Positions 1 through 13,324 of a DNA stretch of 64,000 bases are shown in pieces. The notes beneath the pieces are model-generated. The model did not search any database. It saw only the letters and a program-made list of their open reading frames with translations, and was not told where the DNA came from. The stretch spans positions 24,428,001 through 24,492,000 of the forward strand of contig NC_045698.1 of assembly GCF_009834535.1 (NCBI RefSeq). The letters are read 5' to 3'. The stretch comes from Camelus ferus. Taxonomy: Eukaryota. Numbering within the stretch: position 1 is the stretch's first letter; each line of letters begins with the position of its first letter. The translations under genes were made by a program, and so were the position numbers.

Positions 1-1089
1 TTTTAAGTTATTACATTTTGATCATGCCTTAGATTTCCAAGCATTCCCTGTACATTGTTGATGTTTACCTTAACGACCTAATGCAGGATATTTGGAGCAC
101 ATATTTCTGTAGTTCCAATATCTATGTTAGTCTCCTACAGATTTTCACTATTGGATTCTTCCTATACACATTGCTCACAAATGCAAGTTACCTTTTTATA
201 TCACTCACTGCAATTGCGTCTAAGAAATTAGAAATAAATGGCAAGAACCAAAATTAAATAGTGAATAAGAGCAAGCATCTAAACCTGACAGTTACTCCTG
301 GTATAGTCACCAAGGAGTGGTGTCACACAGCCAACCAAGTCCAAAGCCCCCTCCTCTTGGCCAAAAGAAGCCAGGCATTTTGCTTTTGGAATTGTTTGGC
401 CTTCCAGGCAGATTAGTGAGTCACAAATCCTGTATAATTACATTGCACAAAAATGGAAGTAGGCATGCTTTGTGAGGTTGGTTTTCAATCCTCAGTGCCC
501 AGGGCCCAGTTCCTGCACAGCCCAGCCTCTGGCCACCCAGGTCTTTGTCCAGTTGGAGGCCAGCATGACAAGCTTTCTAGCACCAGCAGGGAGCAGTGCC
601 TTCACCGGCAATGTGATTTTTTGCAGCACATTTCCTGCCTTCTCCATTGTGCTTGCCAGGTGATGATGTGTTTTTGAGCACTTCCACTTGCCTTGGCTTT
701 ACTAGAGGAAGGACAAGTGTTTCTGCCTTCTCCTCATTTCTCAGAATTGCACACGGCCCAACCGGCTCTGATTTGCCTGTGGCGTCGAATGTAGGGCAAA
801 TGGAGAAGGTCTATTCAGCGAATCTTCCTGCTTCATCTCTCTTGAGAAGTTTCCCTAGTTTCCCTGAATACTTATCAGATCTGGGTCCCAAAGACTCATA
901 ACTTGGCTTTCCAGTTAAGTATTTGGCAAGAACGATGACCTTGAAAGCGTGCCATTTGTGTGGCTGGGTTTACAAAGCACCAAATCAACAAACTATTTGT
1001 TATCATTCCAGAGCCTTCCCTCCGTGTGTGACACACTGCTCAAACCATCTGAGTATATGGGGTCACGGGAGAAAGGAGCAAGCTCATTT

Positions 1090-1265
1090 TAAGGGCAACT
1101 ATAGATGAGGTGCTTCTCATCCATTATCTTACTCCATCCTCAAAAATTATTCTGAAATAAAGGCATTTTCTTCATTATCTTGTTTTTATGAATAGAGAGA
1201 CTGAGGCTCAAAAGAAGTGAAGCAAACTTTCCACGGGTCACACACCTCCTCAGTGGCACAGCCTC
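1090..1265 (-). mobile_element. MIR SINE fragment
   Basis: gagactgaggctcaaaagaagtgaagcaaactttccacgggtcacaca resembles the reverse-complement MIR core. Confidence 0.55.
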
Positions 1266-1624
1266 TAAGCACATTCAGCAGAAAAGAAGATGCTCATAGA
1301 GAACCCATTCATAAGGATTGTCAGCCACAGGTGCCACATTGGTTGGCTGGCAAAGCACAAGAAGTAGGGCAGGGGTTGAAATAAGTGGCCCATAAGAGGA
1401 TTTCTGAGGGGCTTGCAGGCTTATCAATTCACGCTAAGCTCAGACTAAACACTTACTCCATGCCCTTGGAATTTTGCCTTGCTGACTGTACATTTGTTGG
1501 TTTCCCACCAAGTCATGAATTCTTTGATGAAGATGACACTAGCTCCCAAAAACTGAGTGCTTCCTTGGTGCCAGTGTTCTACATACTTCATTTCGTCTTA
1601 TTCTACCAGCAACCCTAGAATGTA

Positions 1625-1745
1625 TGTTTTAATGTCCACATCGTCCAGATGAGAAAATAAGGCACCGAGAGGTAACTGACTCGCTCCACAGCTTCACCCC
1701 TACAAAGTTATGGCTAAGATCTCTGCTGAGTCTGTCTGAACCCAG
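1625..1745 (-). mobile_element. Degenerate MIR fragment
   Basis: cagatgagaaaataaggcaccgagaggtaactgactcgc resembles the MIR core (reverse). Confidence 0.4.
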
Positions 1746-3329
1746 TGATGCTCTCATTTGCAAGACTCACAAATGACTCTTACCCTGACGGCAAGTTCCA
1801 GGTCTTTAAAAGACCCTAATTCATTGATGTTTAGAAATAAGAGTAAGGGCCCTGGCAGTGAAGGCTTACTTTTAACTCAGCTGGATACCAACAAGGCTTC
1901 TCATGATTGTAATGGTGGGATTTATACATCGGCAGCAGAAGAAGGCACTGCAAGATGTGATTGGAGGTCTTCGCTTGCCCCAGTAATGTTTTCCCTACCT
2001 AGCTGCTAGTGATTCCCACCAGGAGAGACCTTAGTTTGAACCATTGCCATTAAAATGCAAATGCTGGGGGTGTTCATTTCTTGAATTATGAGCGCCTGAA
2101 TGGCTTATCAAGTTCTTTAATACTTTCTTAGGCACATTCAGTTCAGAGGACGAAGGTGTTTGGCAGAAGAAAGCAGACAACAGAATGGGAGTGGGGCCAA
2201 GAAAAGGATCTGGGGTCTTACGTGGGGCATCTTAGTGTGGTAAGAGGAGGCAAAAGGGAATCCTTTCTGGAACACAGTAAAATGATAGTGGAGGAGGTGA
2301 ACTTATTTCTTAGCCCTTACGTGCTATCCTGTGTGAACCCCTAGATGAGATATGCGTAGAACTGGTCATTAGTGCGTGATGACCATGGGCAACCTCTGAC
2401 ATAGGTCAACACCAGACAGTCTGCTGCCTTAACAGCCTTGGAGTCCAGTCCTAACCAGGTAATCCCCAAACTTCCAACTCTTCAGGCTACATGGACAGCA
2501 ATTTAGTTAGAACTGATAGGAGTAGGCAAGGATTCAGTTTCTGACCGTCTGTCATCTGTGATGATTTGCAGTGTGGCATGTTGCAATCTGAAAGACACTG
2601 CTAGGCTCTGAGGCAGAGGAAGCAAAGGTGAATCACATAGTGCTGCCCATCAGTAATAAACCTACGGCTAGCTTACACCAGGTGATGAATAAAGGTGCTG
2701 GGGGTAATGTTGCAGATAGAATGAGTGAATTCTCAAATTCTCCCTTGGGTCACAGGTTTTGTCCTTCCTCATACTCCTCCCAAATCTTGACAGGCAGCTA
2801 GCTCCACTGACTGATATTCCACTCCACACATCCTTCTGGACATCCAACCCGGGCAACCCTCTCCTGCTGACATACTTCTGAGACCCATGATGGTGCTGAG
2901 GCTCGGTGAATGCCAGGAGGAGCTAATACCTCTGGTCTCCTGAAAGTGGGTATATGTAGCAGCTTTTAGGGTCCAAGTGAACCCCAACACCCCTACATCC
3001 CTGCAGAAGTCTGAGCCCAAAGAGGCCTAGATCCCAGGTCCTCACCCTGATACTTAACTCCATCTGGATTATTTGTAAAATCACCACTGAAAAGAGAGCC
3101 CATGTCCACCAATATCCAGAGGTGGGCATCTCATGTAATCTCCTCTTCTCCTTTGTACTTGGCAGACGAGCCCCTCTATAAACATACTGCTGTTCATCCT
3201 CTAATAGTACACTTGAGTTGAGACAGGGAGCTCCGGGACCCATAAAGAATTGGTGCTAGTAAGACTGGGAGGTCAGTAATAGAATATAGTCTCTGCTTTC
3301 CCAGAGTCACAGCATCTCAGATGTGAAAG

Positions 3330-3536
3330 AACTAAAAAAAGACATCCAGCCCATATTTACACACATAGTGTATTTTTGTAAAGGTGTAGGATATTTTTTA
3401 TGATAATCTGATAAGAGTGATGGCCCCTGGGGGTAATGGGGGGCTGTGGGACAGGAGAGGGAAGACCTATTTTTTGTTGAACTCTCTTTTGTACCTTGAA
3501 TTTTAAACCATGTACAAAAATAAATCAACATTTAAA
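3330..3536 (+). mobile_element. Old L1 (L1ME/L1MC-like) 3' end
   Basis: ctcttttgtaccttgaattttaaaccatgtac followed by an A-rich end, typical of ancient L1 3' UTRs. Confidence 0.45.
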
Positions 3537-4500
3537 AGTCACAGATAGGAACAGTGTTATGGTTTCAGCGATATCCTTTGAAAAGTAAAATCAGAAAACT
3601 TTGCTGAAAGAAAAATAAAACTCCTCCGGTCAAACTCCAAATGAGGAAATGGAGTCACCCCTATGATCAAACAGCTGCCATCACACTGCTCTGATTCTTG
3701 AATGACTTGGTTTCTGGATGTATCTACATTTGATACGTACTCACCCTTGCTCTCTGCTGAGTATTTAATCAAAACCGTCCAATAAAGGAGGAATTGACCT
3801 TACTTGTTTGAAGATGAATTTTTAAAATTAAGCTACTTATAGGATTCTGAGCTATGTAGAGGATATTCAAAGACCTGAAATGGCTTTCAAGCTTTCTTTA
3901 ATTAATTGATGTTCCACTGCAATCTTTCTAACTTCCATGAGATGATAATCTAATGCATGTATAACTATAGTTCTTTGTTTCCTTTGTAGTTCTGAATTTG
4001 AGAGTTAATGTAACTATAGGAAATCCCTGACATGCATAACATTTAAAAATTAACACTTATTGAAAATCTAAGTGTTGAATGAAGAGATTGATGACTTGAT
4101 TAGATAAATTCAACAATTTCAATGAATGCACATCAATCTCAGTGGAAAATTACCCCATGGCAACTGGAGCAAAAAAGATTGCCTTCTACTTGATTGAAAA
4201 TACGTAACAAGTTAAAACTTATAGCACAGAAGATGAATCACCACAATTACTGCCTTTACAGTCATTGCTGGAGAATTCACTAATGGAGTTAAAGAAATTT
4301 TCATGAATTTCTTTGTATAAGCCTTAATTCTGCTAAATGCATTATCGTTACCACCATTAGGAAGAGGGGAAAGTCCGTTACTTTCATGTTAATTATTGGA
4401 AAAACAAGTCACTTGAGAGGAGAACTTTCTGGAAGAAGATCTGCAGTAGAATGTAGAGGAGACAGCATGACATATTGTGTTCCCCAGACTCATTTAAATT

Positions 4501-4626
4501 CTAATAATAAAGAATCTGAAAGAAAAATATGTATGTATATGTATAACTGAATCCCTTTGTTGTACACATGAAACTAAATTGTAAGTCAACTACACTTCAA
4601 TAAAAATAAGAATTAAAAAAAAAAAA
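4501..4626 (+). mobile_element. Extremely 5'-truncated L1 3' tail with poly(A)
   Basis: gtatatgtataactgaatccctttgttgtacac...ttgtaagtcaactacacttcaataaaa plus A-run; same motif family as the 3' end of the L1 at 7650-7750. Confidence 0.75.
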
Positions 4627-5144
4627 CTCAGGAGAATCTTCAATCTTTTTAAAGCAAAAATGTGATAACATGAATTAATGATTCTTCTTGTGTTAGTTTC
4701 TAAAGGCCAGCCTCAGATGACCTGGAGAGCAACTAGAATTTGCTACACGGCTTATTGAGTAACTTGGATCTTTTCAGTCCTTTAAGAAGGGACAGGTAGG
4801 TAGGGCTCAACTACAGGAACTATGTGTGGTGGGCAGAAGGGGGGTGAGGAGAAGAGGGAGAATTTCCTCGAGAGTCCTCTGGTGTTGGCATCTTTGTCCA
4901 GTCTGCTCCCTGGGTGGGGGTTTGTCCTCCCACCTAGCAGATGGCGGGTGGCTTAGATGCGATGCCCTCCTGGAGGGGGTGGGATCATCCAGCCTCTGAA
5001 TTATGCCATTTCCTCTCCATTCCCTCTGCTGCATTCTCGGCCCAGCTGAAGGGACTCCTAGAGGTACCTTGAGATTTTTGCAGGAGAAACAAGTTCAACA
5101 CTGAACTCGCAGTTTCAGTGATGGAAGAAAGGGTCGAAAGAGGC

Positions 5145-5398
5145 ACAGCTTAATGATTAGGAGCTGCGCTCTCAGCCAGATTCTTCAAAACCTGGCTTTG
5201 CTACTCACCAGCTGTGTGATCTTGGGCAAATGACTTACCCTCTTTTATTTTTTTGCCTTGGTTTCTTTATTTATAAGTCAATAATAGGTAAGATTATTCA
5301 TTAAAGGGTGGTTGGGAGGAATAAAGCATTAAAATGTGAAATTGTTAAAACAATGTCTTGGATACAGTAAATGCTTATTAAATGCTTGCTATTATGAT
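5145..5398 (+). mobile_element. MIR SINE, near full length
   Basis: ctactcaccagctgtgtgatcttgggcaaatgacttaccctc core and 3' end cagtaaatgcttattaaatgcttgctatta. Confidence 0.75.
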
Positions 5399-5869
5399 GT
5401 TAGTGTTTATATGGCGAAACCGACCAACTACGAAAGGCCACATGTAAACATCTGACAGCAAGCATTCAGTAAACACATCCCAAGTGTCAAAATAATCAGA
5501 AAAGACATAAACTAGCAACATGATTGTGACATTTCCAGCACTTATGAAAAGCACAGTAATGAAAAACATCAAAACCCATCAAAATGGTCTTAAGAGATAG
5601 GATGAAATTTTTATGATTAGAGATTAAAAAAAAAAACCCAAACCAGTAAAGAGAAATTTCTCCTTGGACAGGAATTTGTTTTCTTCCCCAGCTTAAATAA
5701 GCTAAGGTCAAAATCCCCAATGTTTCCAAATAGCACTAGATGTTTTTCCATTTTGGTTCAAAACCAGTGGTCCAAGTTGAAATAGGGCAGGAGCAGCGAT
5801 CTCACAGGACTAGGTCTGGCATCACTTTTCCTGGCCCTGTCCATCTGCAAGCCCTGCTGGCCCCACCTC

Positions 5870-6558
5870 CACATTCACTCCTGAACCCAATACTTCTACC
5901 CACTGCTACCCCTTAGTTGACCCATCATCACCTCTTGATGGACTCCTGATCAGCCTTCCAAGTTCTCCCTCTGCTCCCAGTCTACAATCCACTCTGCACA
6001 CAGAAGTCCAAGAAAGCTCTAAAATGCAGGGTAAGACACATTACTCCCCTACTTAAAACCTCCCAGTGATTTCCTTAAAGCACTTAATCCTAACTCCATC
6101 TCACGATCGTGGGCCCTCTGAGCTGTTTTCCTCTTTGACTCTGTCCCTTCCTTCCTAAGGTCCAAGCACAGTGGTCTCCTTTCTGTCTCTTAAACATGTC
6201 AAACTTTTTCCGACCTCAGGGACTTTGCTCTTGCTGCTCCCTCCGGCTGGTCTTCTTTCTTCCTGATCTCTGTGTGGCTCTCTCTTTAGCATCGATCTGC
6301 TAGCTCACACGCCACCTCTTCAGAGAGGGTAACTCCTGTGAGTCTATTGAAAGCAGCTCCTATCAGTCTCTTTCCTCACTACATTTTTCTTCATAGCACT
6401 ACCTTATTTGATTGTATATGTTTGTTTCTTACTATGAATATCTCTTTCCTCTCACTGGAATGTAAACTTCACATGAGCAAGAACATCAGTCCATCTCTAG
6501 CTCCTGGAATGGTCCCTGGTGCAGAGCAGACCCTCCATGAATATTAGTTGAATGAATA
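5870..6558 (+). mobile_element. L2 LINE 3' fragment
   Basis: actcccctacttaaaacctcccagtg, gaatgtaaacttcacatgagcaag and terminal atattagttgaatgaat are L2 3' hallmarks. Confidence 0.75.
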
Positions 6559-6754
6559 AAAATGGCCAGTGCTTGGCTAATGCCAGACCTTTGCCCATCC
6601 ATCTCCCTGCAATCTCCTTAACAATTGCTTATCTTCTAATCTTGCAATCTCAGCACTCCAGAAAATTTCAGTGGTCTATCCTTCCCCTCTCCCACCCAAA
6701 ACCTAGTACAAAAATTGGTTGATTTTTAATATTAATAAAATCTTCCTTGTCAGC

Positions 6755-7750
6755 TTAATTTCCAGAATATAAAAACAGTTCATACAGCTCAATATCAAAA
6801 AAATAAACAATCAAATCCAAAAATGGGCAGNNNNNNNNNNNNNNNNNNNNNNNNNNNNNNNNNNNNNNNNNNNNNNNNNNNNNNNNNNNNNNNNNNNNNN
6901 NNNNNNNNNNNNNNNNNNNNNNNNNNNNNNNNNNNNNNNNNNNNNNNNNNNNNNNNNNNNNNNNNNNNNNNNNNNNNNNNNNNNCACAAATGCTAAATGC
7001 NNNNNNNNNNNNNNNNNNNNNNNNNNNNNNNNNNNNNNNNNNNNNNNNNNNNNNNNNNNNNNNNNNNNNNNNNNNNNNNNNNNNNNNNNNNNNNNNNNNN
7101 NNNNNNNNNNNNNNNNNNNNNNNNNNNNNNNNNNNNNNNNNNNNNNNNNNNNNNNNNNAACTCTAGTTTGAAAAGACACATGCACCCTAATGTTCTCAGC
7201 AGCACTATATACAATAGCCAAGACATGGAAGCAACTTAAATGTCCATCGACAGATCACTGGATAAGGAAGTTGTGGTACATTTATACAATGGAATACTAC
7301 TCAGCCATAAAAAATAAAATAATGCCATTTGCAGCAACATGGATGGCCCTGGAGATTGTCATTCTAAGTGAAGTAAGACAAAGAGAAAGAAAAATGCTGT
7401 ATGTTATCACTTACATGTAGAAGCTAAATGACACAAATGAATTTATTTACAAAACAGAAACAAACTCACAGACATAGAAAACAAACTTATGGTTACTGGG
7501 GAGAAAGGGTGTGGTAGGGAATAAATTAAGAGTTTGAGATTTGCAGATACTAACTACTATATATAAAATAGATAAACAACAAGTTTCTACAGTATAGCAC
7601 AGCGAACTTTATTCAATATCTTGTCGTAACCTATAATGAAAAAGAATATGAAAAGAAATACATGTATGTATATGTATGACTGAAACATTATGCTGTGTAT
7701 CAGAAATTGACATAACATTGTAAACCGGCTATATTTCAATAAAAAAAAAA
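6755..7750 (+). mobile_element. 5'-truncated L1 (ORF2 C-terminus, 3' UTR, poly(A)); contains two N runs
   Basis: ORF 7190-7420 [55 protein letters not shown] is the L1 ORF2p C-terminal region; ends aataaaaaaaaaaa. Confidence 0.95.
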
Positions 7751-8514
7751 ATACAATCTCCTGAGAAGGGTTGGCATCTTAGACTTAACCAGATCCTGGA
7801 TAATCATTCTCAGATTGATTCTGGAATCATGTTCCATATCCTAAGTTTTTCCATATTGGGGCAACCTGTATTCAGCTCTTTCCAAACCAAAATCCTGACT
7901 GCCCTAGCCCAGTCTGATGCTGGTGGCCTCTGCAACCAAATCATTCCCTGAGACTGAGAGGGTTTTACACAACCTAGTTAGTTCTTGGGTAATTCACCTT
8001 GTAAAGTCTACCCAATGACAGAGAATACTGCCATAATTATATTTTTAATAAGGGTGTGGACAGGAATGGAGTTAATTGGCTTTAAAATGGCTGAGACACA
8101 AAAGCAAGTGTTGATTGACTAAAGATCAACATAGCAATTGGGAAATTTAGTACACGGTAGCAGGGAAGTTTAACTTTTATCTTTCAATCTCATAATTACA
8201 AAGCTTCTGGCAACTTGCTTTCCCAACTGCACATACAGAAATTGTAGTCATTAGGTTATGCAGGGCCACTCTGACTATGAAGTAGTTTATATGGGAAGAA
8301 ATCTTAACATTATGCTAGAAATTCTCCTTTCCTAAGAGCAGAATGATGAAGTTGCTACCCCATGAAAATAAGGTTTGAATGGTTCTCTCGGGTCCATGAG
8401 ATCTAAAACAAGGCAAAAGAAGAAACAGAAATAAGTAATTAAGATTTGGATCTTAGCTGAGAAGTTCGGTCAGCTCTTAGTGAAGCTCATGTGGAGAACT
8501 GTAAATAAATAGGA

Positions 8515-8638
8515 AATCCAGGCTCCATTTCCAGAATCTTGATTTAATGGGTTTATGGGTGGGGGCCTGGGCCTCCGGATTTTTTAAAGCTCCCAAGATT
8601 ATTTTCATGTGCAGTCAGAATTGAGGACCACTGTTTTA
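8515..8638. mobile_element. MER5A/B-like hAT-Charlie MITE fragment
   Basis: ttttaaagctcccaagattattttcatgtgcagtcagaattgaggaccactg resembles the MER5 terminus. Confidence 0.6.
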
Positions 8639-9804
8639 GAGGCTTGATTTGGGCTATAGCTGAAAGACACTAGAAATTGTTCTTAAATCAGTAATGGATT
8701 TCAAGCCCGGGAAAAAGAAAATAACCACTGTGGAAAGGAACAAAACTGACATCTTCTTGTCGTAATGAGGCTGTAGTGGCAAGACCGAGCCTTTTTCCAC
8801 TGCCCTTCATAAAGACCTGCCAGCTTCATCATTGGCAATAAATCCAGAAGTTCTTAAGACAAACAAAGAATTCTTTAAAAATGCAGCTGTGAAAATCGCT
8901 GGGCTTTCTTCTCTATTTTTGGGTGTGTAGCAAAAATCAGTATCCTTTCAGTGAATAGAAGCTTCAGAGGAGAGAAATCAGAACAGCCTGAAAGCTCTGG
9001 GGTGAGGGAGACTTCACTACTCAGAGGTAAGACTGGGGGAGCTGTAAGAACGCATGACCAAGCTTTCATTCCAATGGAAACTCCGAGACGGTAGGGATGG
9101 GACTTCAGGGACCCCTGTGGCTGCCTGTGGGTCACAAACACTCAGAATCACAGCATTGGCAGCTCCAGCGGACGAGTCATCTTTTACCTACTGACCCGTC
9201 ACACTCATTCATTCATTGAAGAAATAACATGGCTAGGTACAGAGTATTCTAACACCAATGGGAGACTGGGCACACACATTTTAGGAGTCCAAAAAGATGA
9301 CGGGGAATTCAGTGGCTGAGAATCCTAATTTCACTTCTGTCAACAGCAAGCCTCCAGGCTCAAGGCAAGTAATTAAACTCCATTTCCCGATTTGTAAAGT
9401 TGGAGAGGTGAGGGAAGGTTACAGATCGTTATAAAATAGCTACTGTGGGCACTAATGGGCATGATAATGCAGCCCTTTGCAATGATTACATAAAGCCTGG
9501 TGAATACAAGGAGCTATGAGATACCAGTTGGCCCACGCTTAGCCAGGGTTGACTACAGGGTACCCCAAAAGCACACAGAGTACGGGAATGCGCAGCTGGT
9601 TACATGTTTCAGCTAGTCCAAGTCAACAGCAAACAATGACTACAAACAACGACTGTCTGTGAATTCAAAAGACTGCATAGAAATATACATGATTATAAAG
9701 TTTCCGCAAAATAAAGACCATACTTCTTGACTGTCCATTTCACCTCCTTTAAAGTACTACCCTTTTAATTTCATTTCCCATTATTATAAGACAGAGATCT
9801 TGTG

Positions 9805-9972
9805 GTTTTGCTCAGTAAATTTTCAATTCTGGCTTCACGTTAGAATATCCAGGGGAATTAAAAACAACAAAGATGACCGTAACACTGGCCCTCAGGCCCC
9901 ATTTCTAAATTAATTAAATGAAAATGAATAAAAATCAGGACTTCTTAAAAGCTTCCCTGGTGATTCCAGCTG
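9805..9972. mobile_element. MER5B-like MITE
   Basis: ttcaattctggcttcacgttagaatatccagggga ... aaaagcttccctggtgattcc. Confidence 0.5.
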
Positions 9973-10481
9973 CTCTTTTTCACATCTCCACATACTCCAT
10001 GCACATTTCCATCACCAAGACCAGTTGTACAAATTTCCTTGCTTGGGGCGTCTTTTCTTCCCCTCTGCATTTGTCTGCAGCTTAGCCTTACATCCCACAA
10101 TGTCCACCTCTTACCCTGTCTTTTTCAATGTACTTTCGGGCTTACACGCTCACTGCCCTCTGGAACCCCCAAGTCTATAAACGTCCATTCGTGTAACGCT
10201 TAGCGTTATTTTACATTGCTCCTGGCATTTCATGTTTATGCCCATCTTCCCAACTAGATAATACGCTCCCCCTAAAATCCTTGTTTTAGGATTTTTACAT
10301 TTTCCCCATGGAGTCTGGCACAGACTTCTTGGCTTAGAAGATGTTGAAAAATATGTATTACTGTTGATGTAGACACACTAAAATTCATTCCTGGCACGTT
10401 CTTACTGCCATTTCCCCCCAGATTTAGATTTCGAGTGGAAATGAACAAATGCTACTTGTCTGTCTCAGAAAGCATCTTGTA

Positions 10482-10776
10482 CAGGCAGACCTCATTCTAT
10501 TGGACTGGACTTTATTGCACTTTGCAGATATTTTGTTTTTACAAATTGTATTGTCAGATGATGGTTAGCCTTTTTTTTTTCAGCAGTAAGTGTTTTTTAA
10601 TTTAAGATAGGTACATTTAGACATAATGCTACTGCACACTTAAGAGACTACAGTATAGTGTAAACATAACTTTTATTTACACTGGAAAACCAAGAAAGTT
10701 GTGATTTATTCTATTGCGATTATTTGCTTTACTGCAGTTGTTTGGAACCAAACCCACGCTCTCTGAGGAATGCCTG
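10482..10776 (+). mobile_element. Tigger1 internal-deletion MITE (295 bp) with TIRs and TA target duplication
   Basis: TA|caggcagacctc ... gaggaatgcctg|TA (TIR 10/12 match); body joins the Tigger1 5' end to its 3' end (gactacagtatagtgtaaacataacttttat). Confidence 0.9.
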
Positions 10777-11667
10777 TATACCTTGTTCAAGCCCAGAAAG
10801 GAAACTCCCCTGCGGGCAAAGGTCTATAGTTCACAGTCAACCTTTTTATAGTATATTTTCCCATCACCATTTACGTGGTATTAGCTCATCAACTCTGATA
10901 CACACAAACCAACCAGTAGAAAAAAGCAGAATTCAGGCCTCTGATCTCTCAGGCCAGAGGCTTCCTCTAACAACACCGGAACCTGACTGTTCTTCCTTTC
11001 GGAATAAATGAAATTTCAAGACAAAGTCATATTTTTACTTCTTTGATATATTCAAGGGCCACTTTAACTAGTGGACAAAAGAAACCAAAGCGGCCTTCTG
11101 TCATGTCCTTGGAATGTCCTTCTGGAAACTTGGACTGTATCTTGTTCAAGCTGTTTTAAGCAAAGGACAGAAATGGAGAAACATTTATCACCACAGTGAG
11201 ATGATTTATTTAATGAGCTTTGCCCACAGACATGAAACTCTGGCTGTCTCCTAGGCTGATTTACAAAGTACCAGAATGACAAAAATACTGTCCTGGGAAG
11301 TGATTTTAAAATAAAGCTAAATCCAGATTCAAAAATGACACTTTGGTCATACGATGTTTGAAAGCTTCTTGAGATTTGCATGAGTGAGGGGATGGGTCCT
11401 GGTGATGAAAGGCACCATTCAGTCATCTATTTCATCAAATCCAACAGTGGCATGATGTACTAGACTTCAAATGATCACCCACTCCGCAGAAAAAGGAGGG
11501 TGAGGGAGGCCACAGACGGACCTCTTTTTCTCTTGTCTACTGCTTAACCAAGTAACTGAATTTGGGGACAGATTGGAGGAGTCTGAGCCAAGAATAAAGG
11601 AAGAGTTATGTTAGGAAGAAGGAAGAAAAATTTCCTATTATATCTCTTTCAGCTGATTAGTCTATCC

Positions 11668-11978
11668 CAGTCCTGTTTGATGGAAATATGCCAGTCGCAT
11701 GTGTGATTTAAAATGGTCTATTAATAACATTAAAATTAATTAAAAGGAAGCACATAAGATTAATTTTCATAATAGTTCGTCTAAACCAATACAGCTAAAA
11801 TATTACCACTCTAACTTATAATCAGTATAAAAACTGAGATAGCGATGTATTTTTTGGTACTAGGTCCTTGAAATCTAGGGTGTATTTTACACATAAGGGC
11901 ACGTCTCAGTTCGGACTGGTCACATTTCAAGCGTGTAGCAGCCACACGGCGCTAGTGCTACTGCACCGCACAGGGCAG
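11668..11978 (+). mobile_element. MER33 (hAT-Charlie) MITE
   Basis: cagtcctgtttgatggaaatat ... ggtgtattttacac ... ttcggactggtcacatttcaag ... gcacagggcag; flanks gtctatcc/gtctggac resemble a decayed 8-bp TSD. Confidence 0.8.
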
Positions 11979-12119
11979 GTCTGGACAAGCTCACCAGAAA
12001 CCGGGACGCCAGGCAGGAATCACTGTTCGCATCTAGCTGCCTAATACACTTTTAATGTTGTCTTTCTGGTAGCTCTTTCGCTATCCCTTAGAAGAGATGG
12101 TCTCACTGGCCACATGCTG

Positions 12120-12320
12120 TATTAGCAAAAAGTTTTGGCCCTTGGAGCAAAACAGACAATGGGATTCAAACACCAGCTTTATAACTTTGGGCTAGATGCT
12201 TCTTCATTTATCAAATCAAGACAACATAGCTAACTCACCAGATTGTGGGAAATACTAAATAAGATGGGTATCAAGTACACAGAACTGCCTAGAAGAGTGT
12301 AACAGGATTCAAACAATGAT
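12120..12320 (+). mobile_element. Degenerate MIR
   Basis: cttggagcaaaacagacaatgggattcaaacaccagc...ctttgggc resembles the MIR 5' half and core. Confidence 0.45.
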
Positions 12321-12520
12321 TCCCCTTTATAAAACCCGGCTTGGTTTGTAAGGGGACATCTCACTGTATTGGAGGCTCTACTGCTTCCAGAACTTTCCCT
12401 CCAGGGAGAGTTTCTTCTGCTCAGGCAGCCCTGTCACCAGTCTTTCACGGGGCTGGCGCCCTCTTATTAGGCAGGATTAAGTTTAAGGGTGACCTTCTTA
12501 TGCAAATCTTCTCTGCTTGC

Positions 12521-12521
<1 letters not shown>

Positions 12522-12556
<35 letters not shown>

Positions 12557-12557
12557 T
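12522..12557. repeat. (TTTA)n tetranucleotide microsatellite, about 9 units
   Basis: Directly visible. Confidence 0.95.
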
Positions 12558-12596
12558 GAGTTTACTGAATTTTTAAATAACTCTTCAAATTTTTGT

Positions 12597-12731
12597 TTTG
12601 GTTTTTAATTTTTTTTGGGGGGGGGCAGAGGTAATTAGGTTTATTTATTTATTGTATTTATTTTTTTTAATGGGGTACTGGGGATTGAACCCAGGACTGA
12701 CTAGAGCAGACTAAGCATGCACTCTACCACT
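12597..12731 (-). mobile_element. Vic-1-type (camelid tRNA-derived) SINE, 5'-truncated variant
   Basis: Reverse complement reads cagtggtagagtgcatgcttag...gtcctgggttcaatccccagtacccc-attaaaa...aaataaataaacctaattacctc, matching the copy at 29848. Confidence 0.85.
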
Positions 12732-12950
12732 GTGGCTGCCCTATTTAAAGTTGTCCCCAAACCCTGTTACTCTCTAGCCCCTAGCCTCTTTACTTCCTTT
12801 ATAACATTTATCAATATCTGAAATTATCTGATTTATGTATTTGCTCACCTACCTCTTTGTCACTGTCTCCAGCATAGAAGCTCCATGAAAGCCACGACCT
12901 TGTCTTATTCAGAGCTCAGCAGGAATTTGTGGAATAAATGAATGAACGAA
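12732..12950 (+). mobile_element. L2 3' fragment interrupted by the SINE
   Basis: gccctatttaaagttg ... agaagctccatgaaagc ... ttgtggaataaatgaatgaa. Confidence 0.6.
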
Positions 12951-13324
12951 GGAACACTTAACACAGGGAGGCAAATGGAAACAGTGTCCTTATTCTAAAG
13001 GTAACAGACAATGAAAATTCCAGTTCTTTTGAACTTAAAAGCATCGCTCAGGAAGTCAGTGGCCGAGAGCAGCCTCACCTGCTGAGGATGAGTATTACTT
13101 ATCTCTGAGTCTAACGGCTGGACTTGGGAAGGGGTGGGAAAATCATTCTCCACAGGAGATTTCATTGCTGCTGTCTGTTGATGTGTATCACATGCAAAGT
13201 ATGTGTTCCTGCCACTTAAATCATCCAGAAGCTTTGGTTATTCCTGCCCTTTAGGAGAAGAACTGGGTTGGGACCCAGCTGGCAGTATGCAAAATGTATG
13301 ACCCCAGGGAGCCTGGCAGCACTG

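Noticed and set aside
450-950. Unique GC-balanced block with long, nearly open minus-strand frames (possible pseudogene)
   Set aside because: Manual translation gave no recognisable protein, poly(A) or TSD; a BLASTX would settle it
2640-3243. LTR-like or ORF-like segment (106-aa ORF 2923-3243)
   Set aside because: Probably a very old repeat, but I could not assign a family or termini, and the peptide has no recognisable domain
1451-3745. Minus-strand donors GGA|GTAAGT (1457) and AGG|GTGAGT (3745) as downstream exons
   Set aside because: No convincing upstream acceptor or pyrimidine tract; isolated donors are common by chance
4934-4947. CTCF-like ctagcagatggcgg
   Set aside because: Mismatch at a nearly invariant C of the core motif
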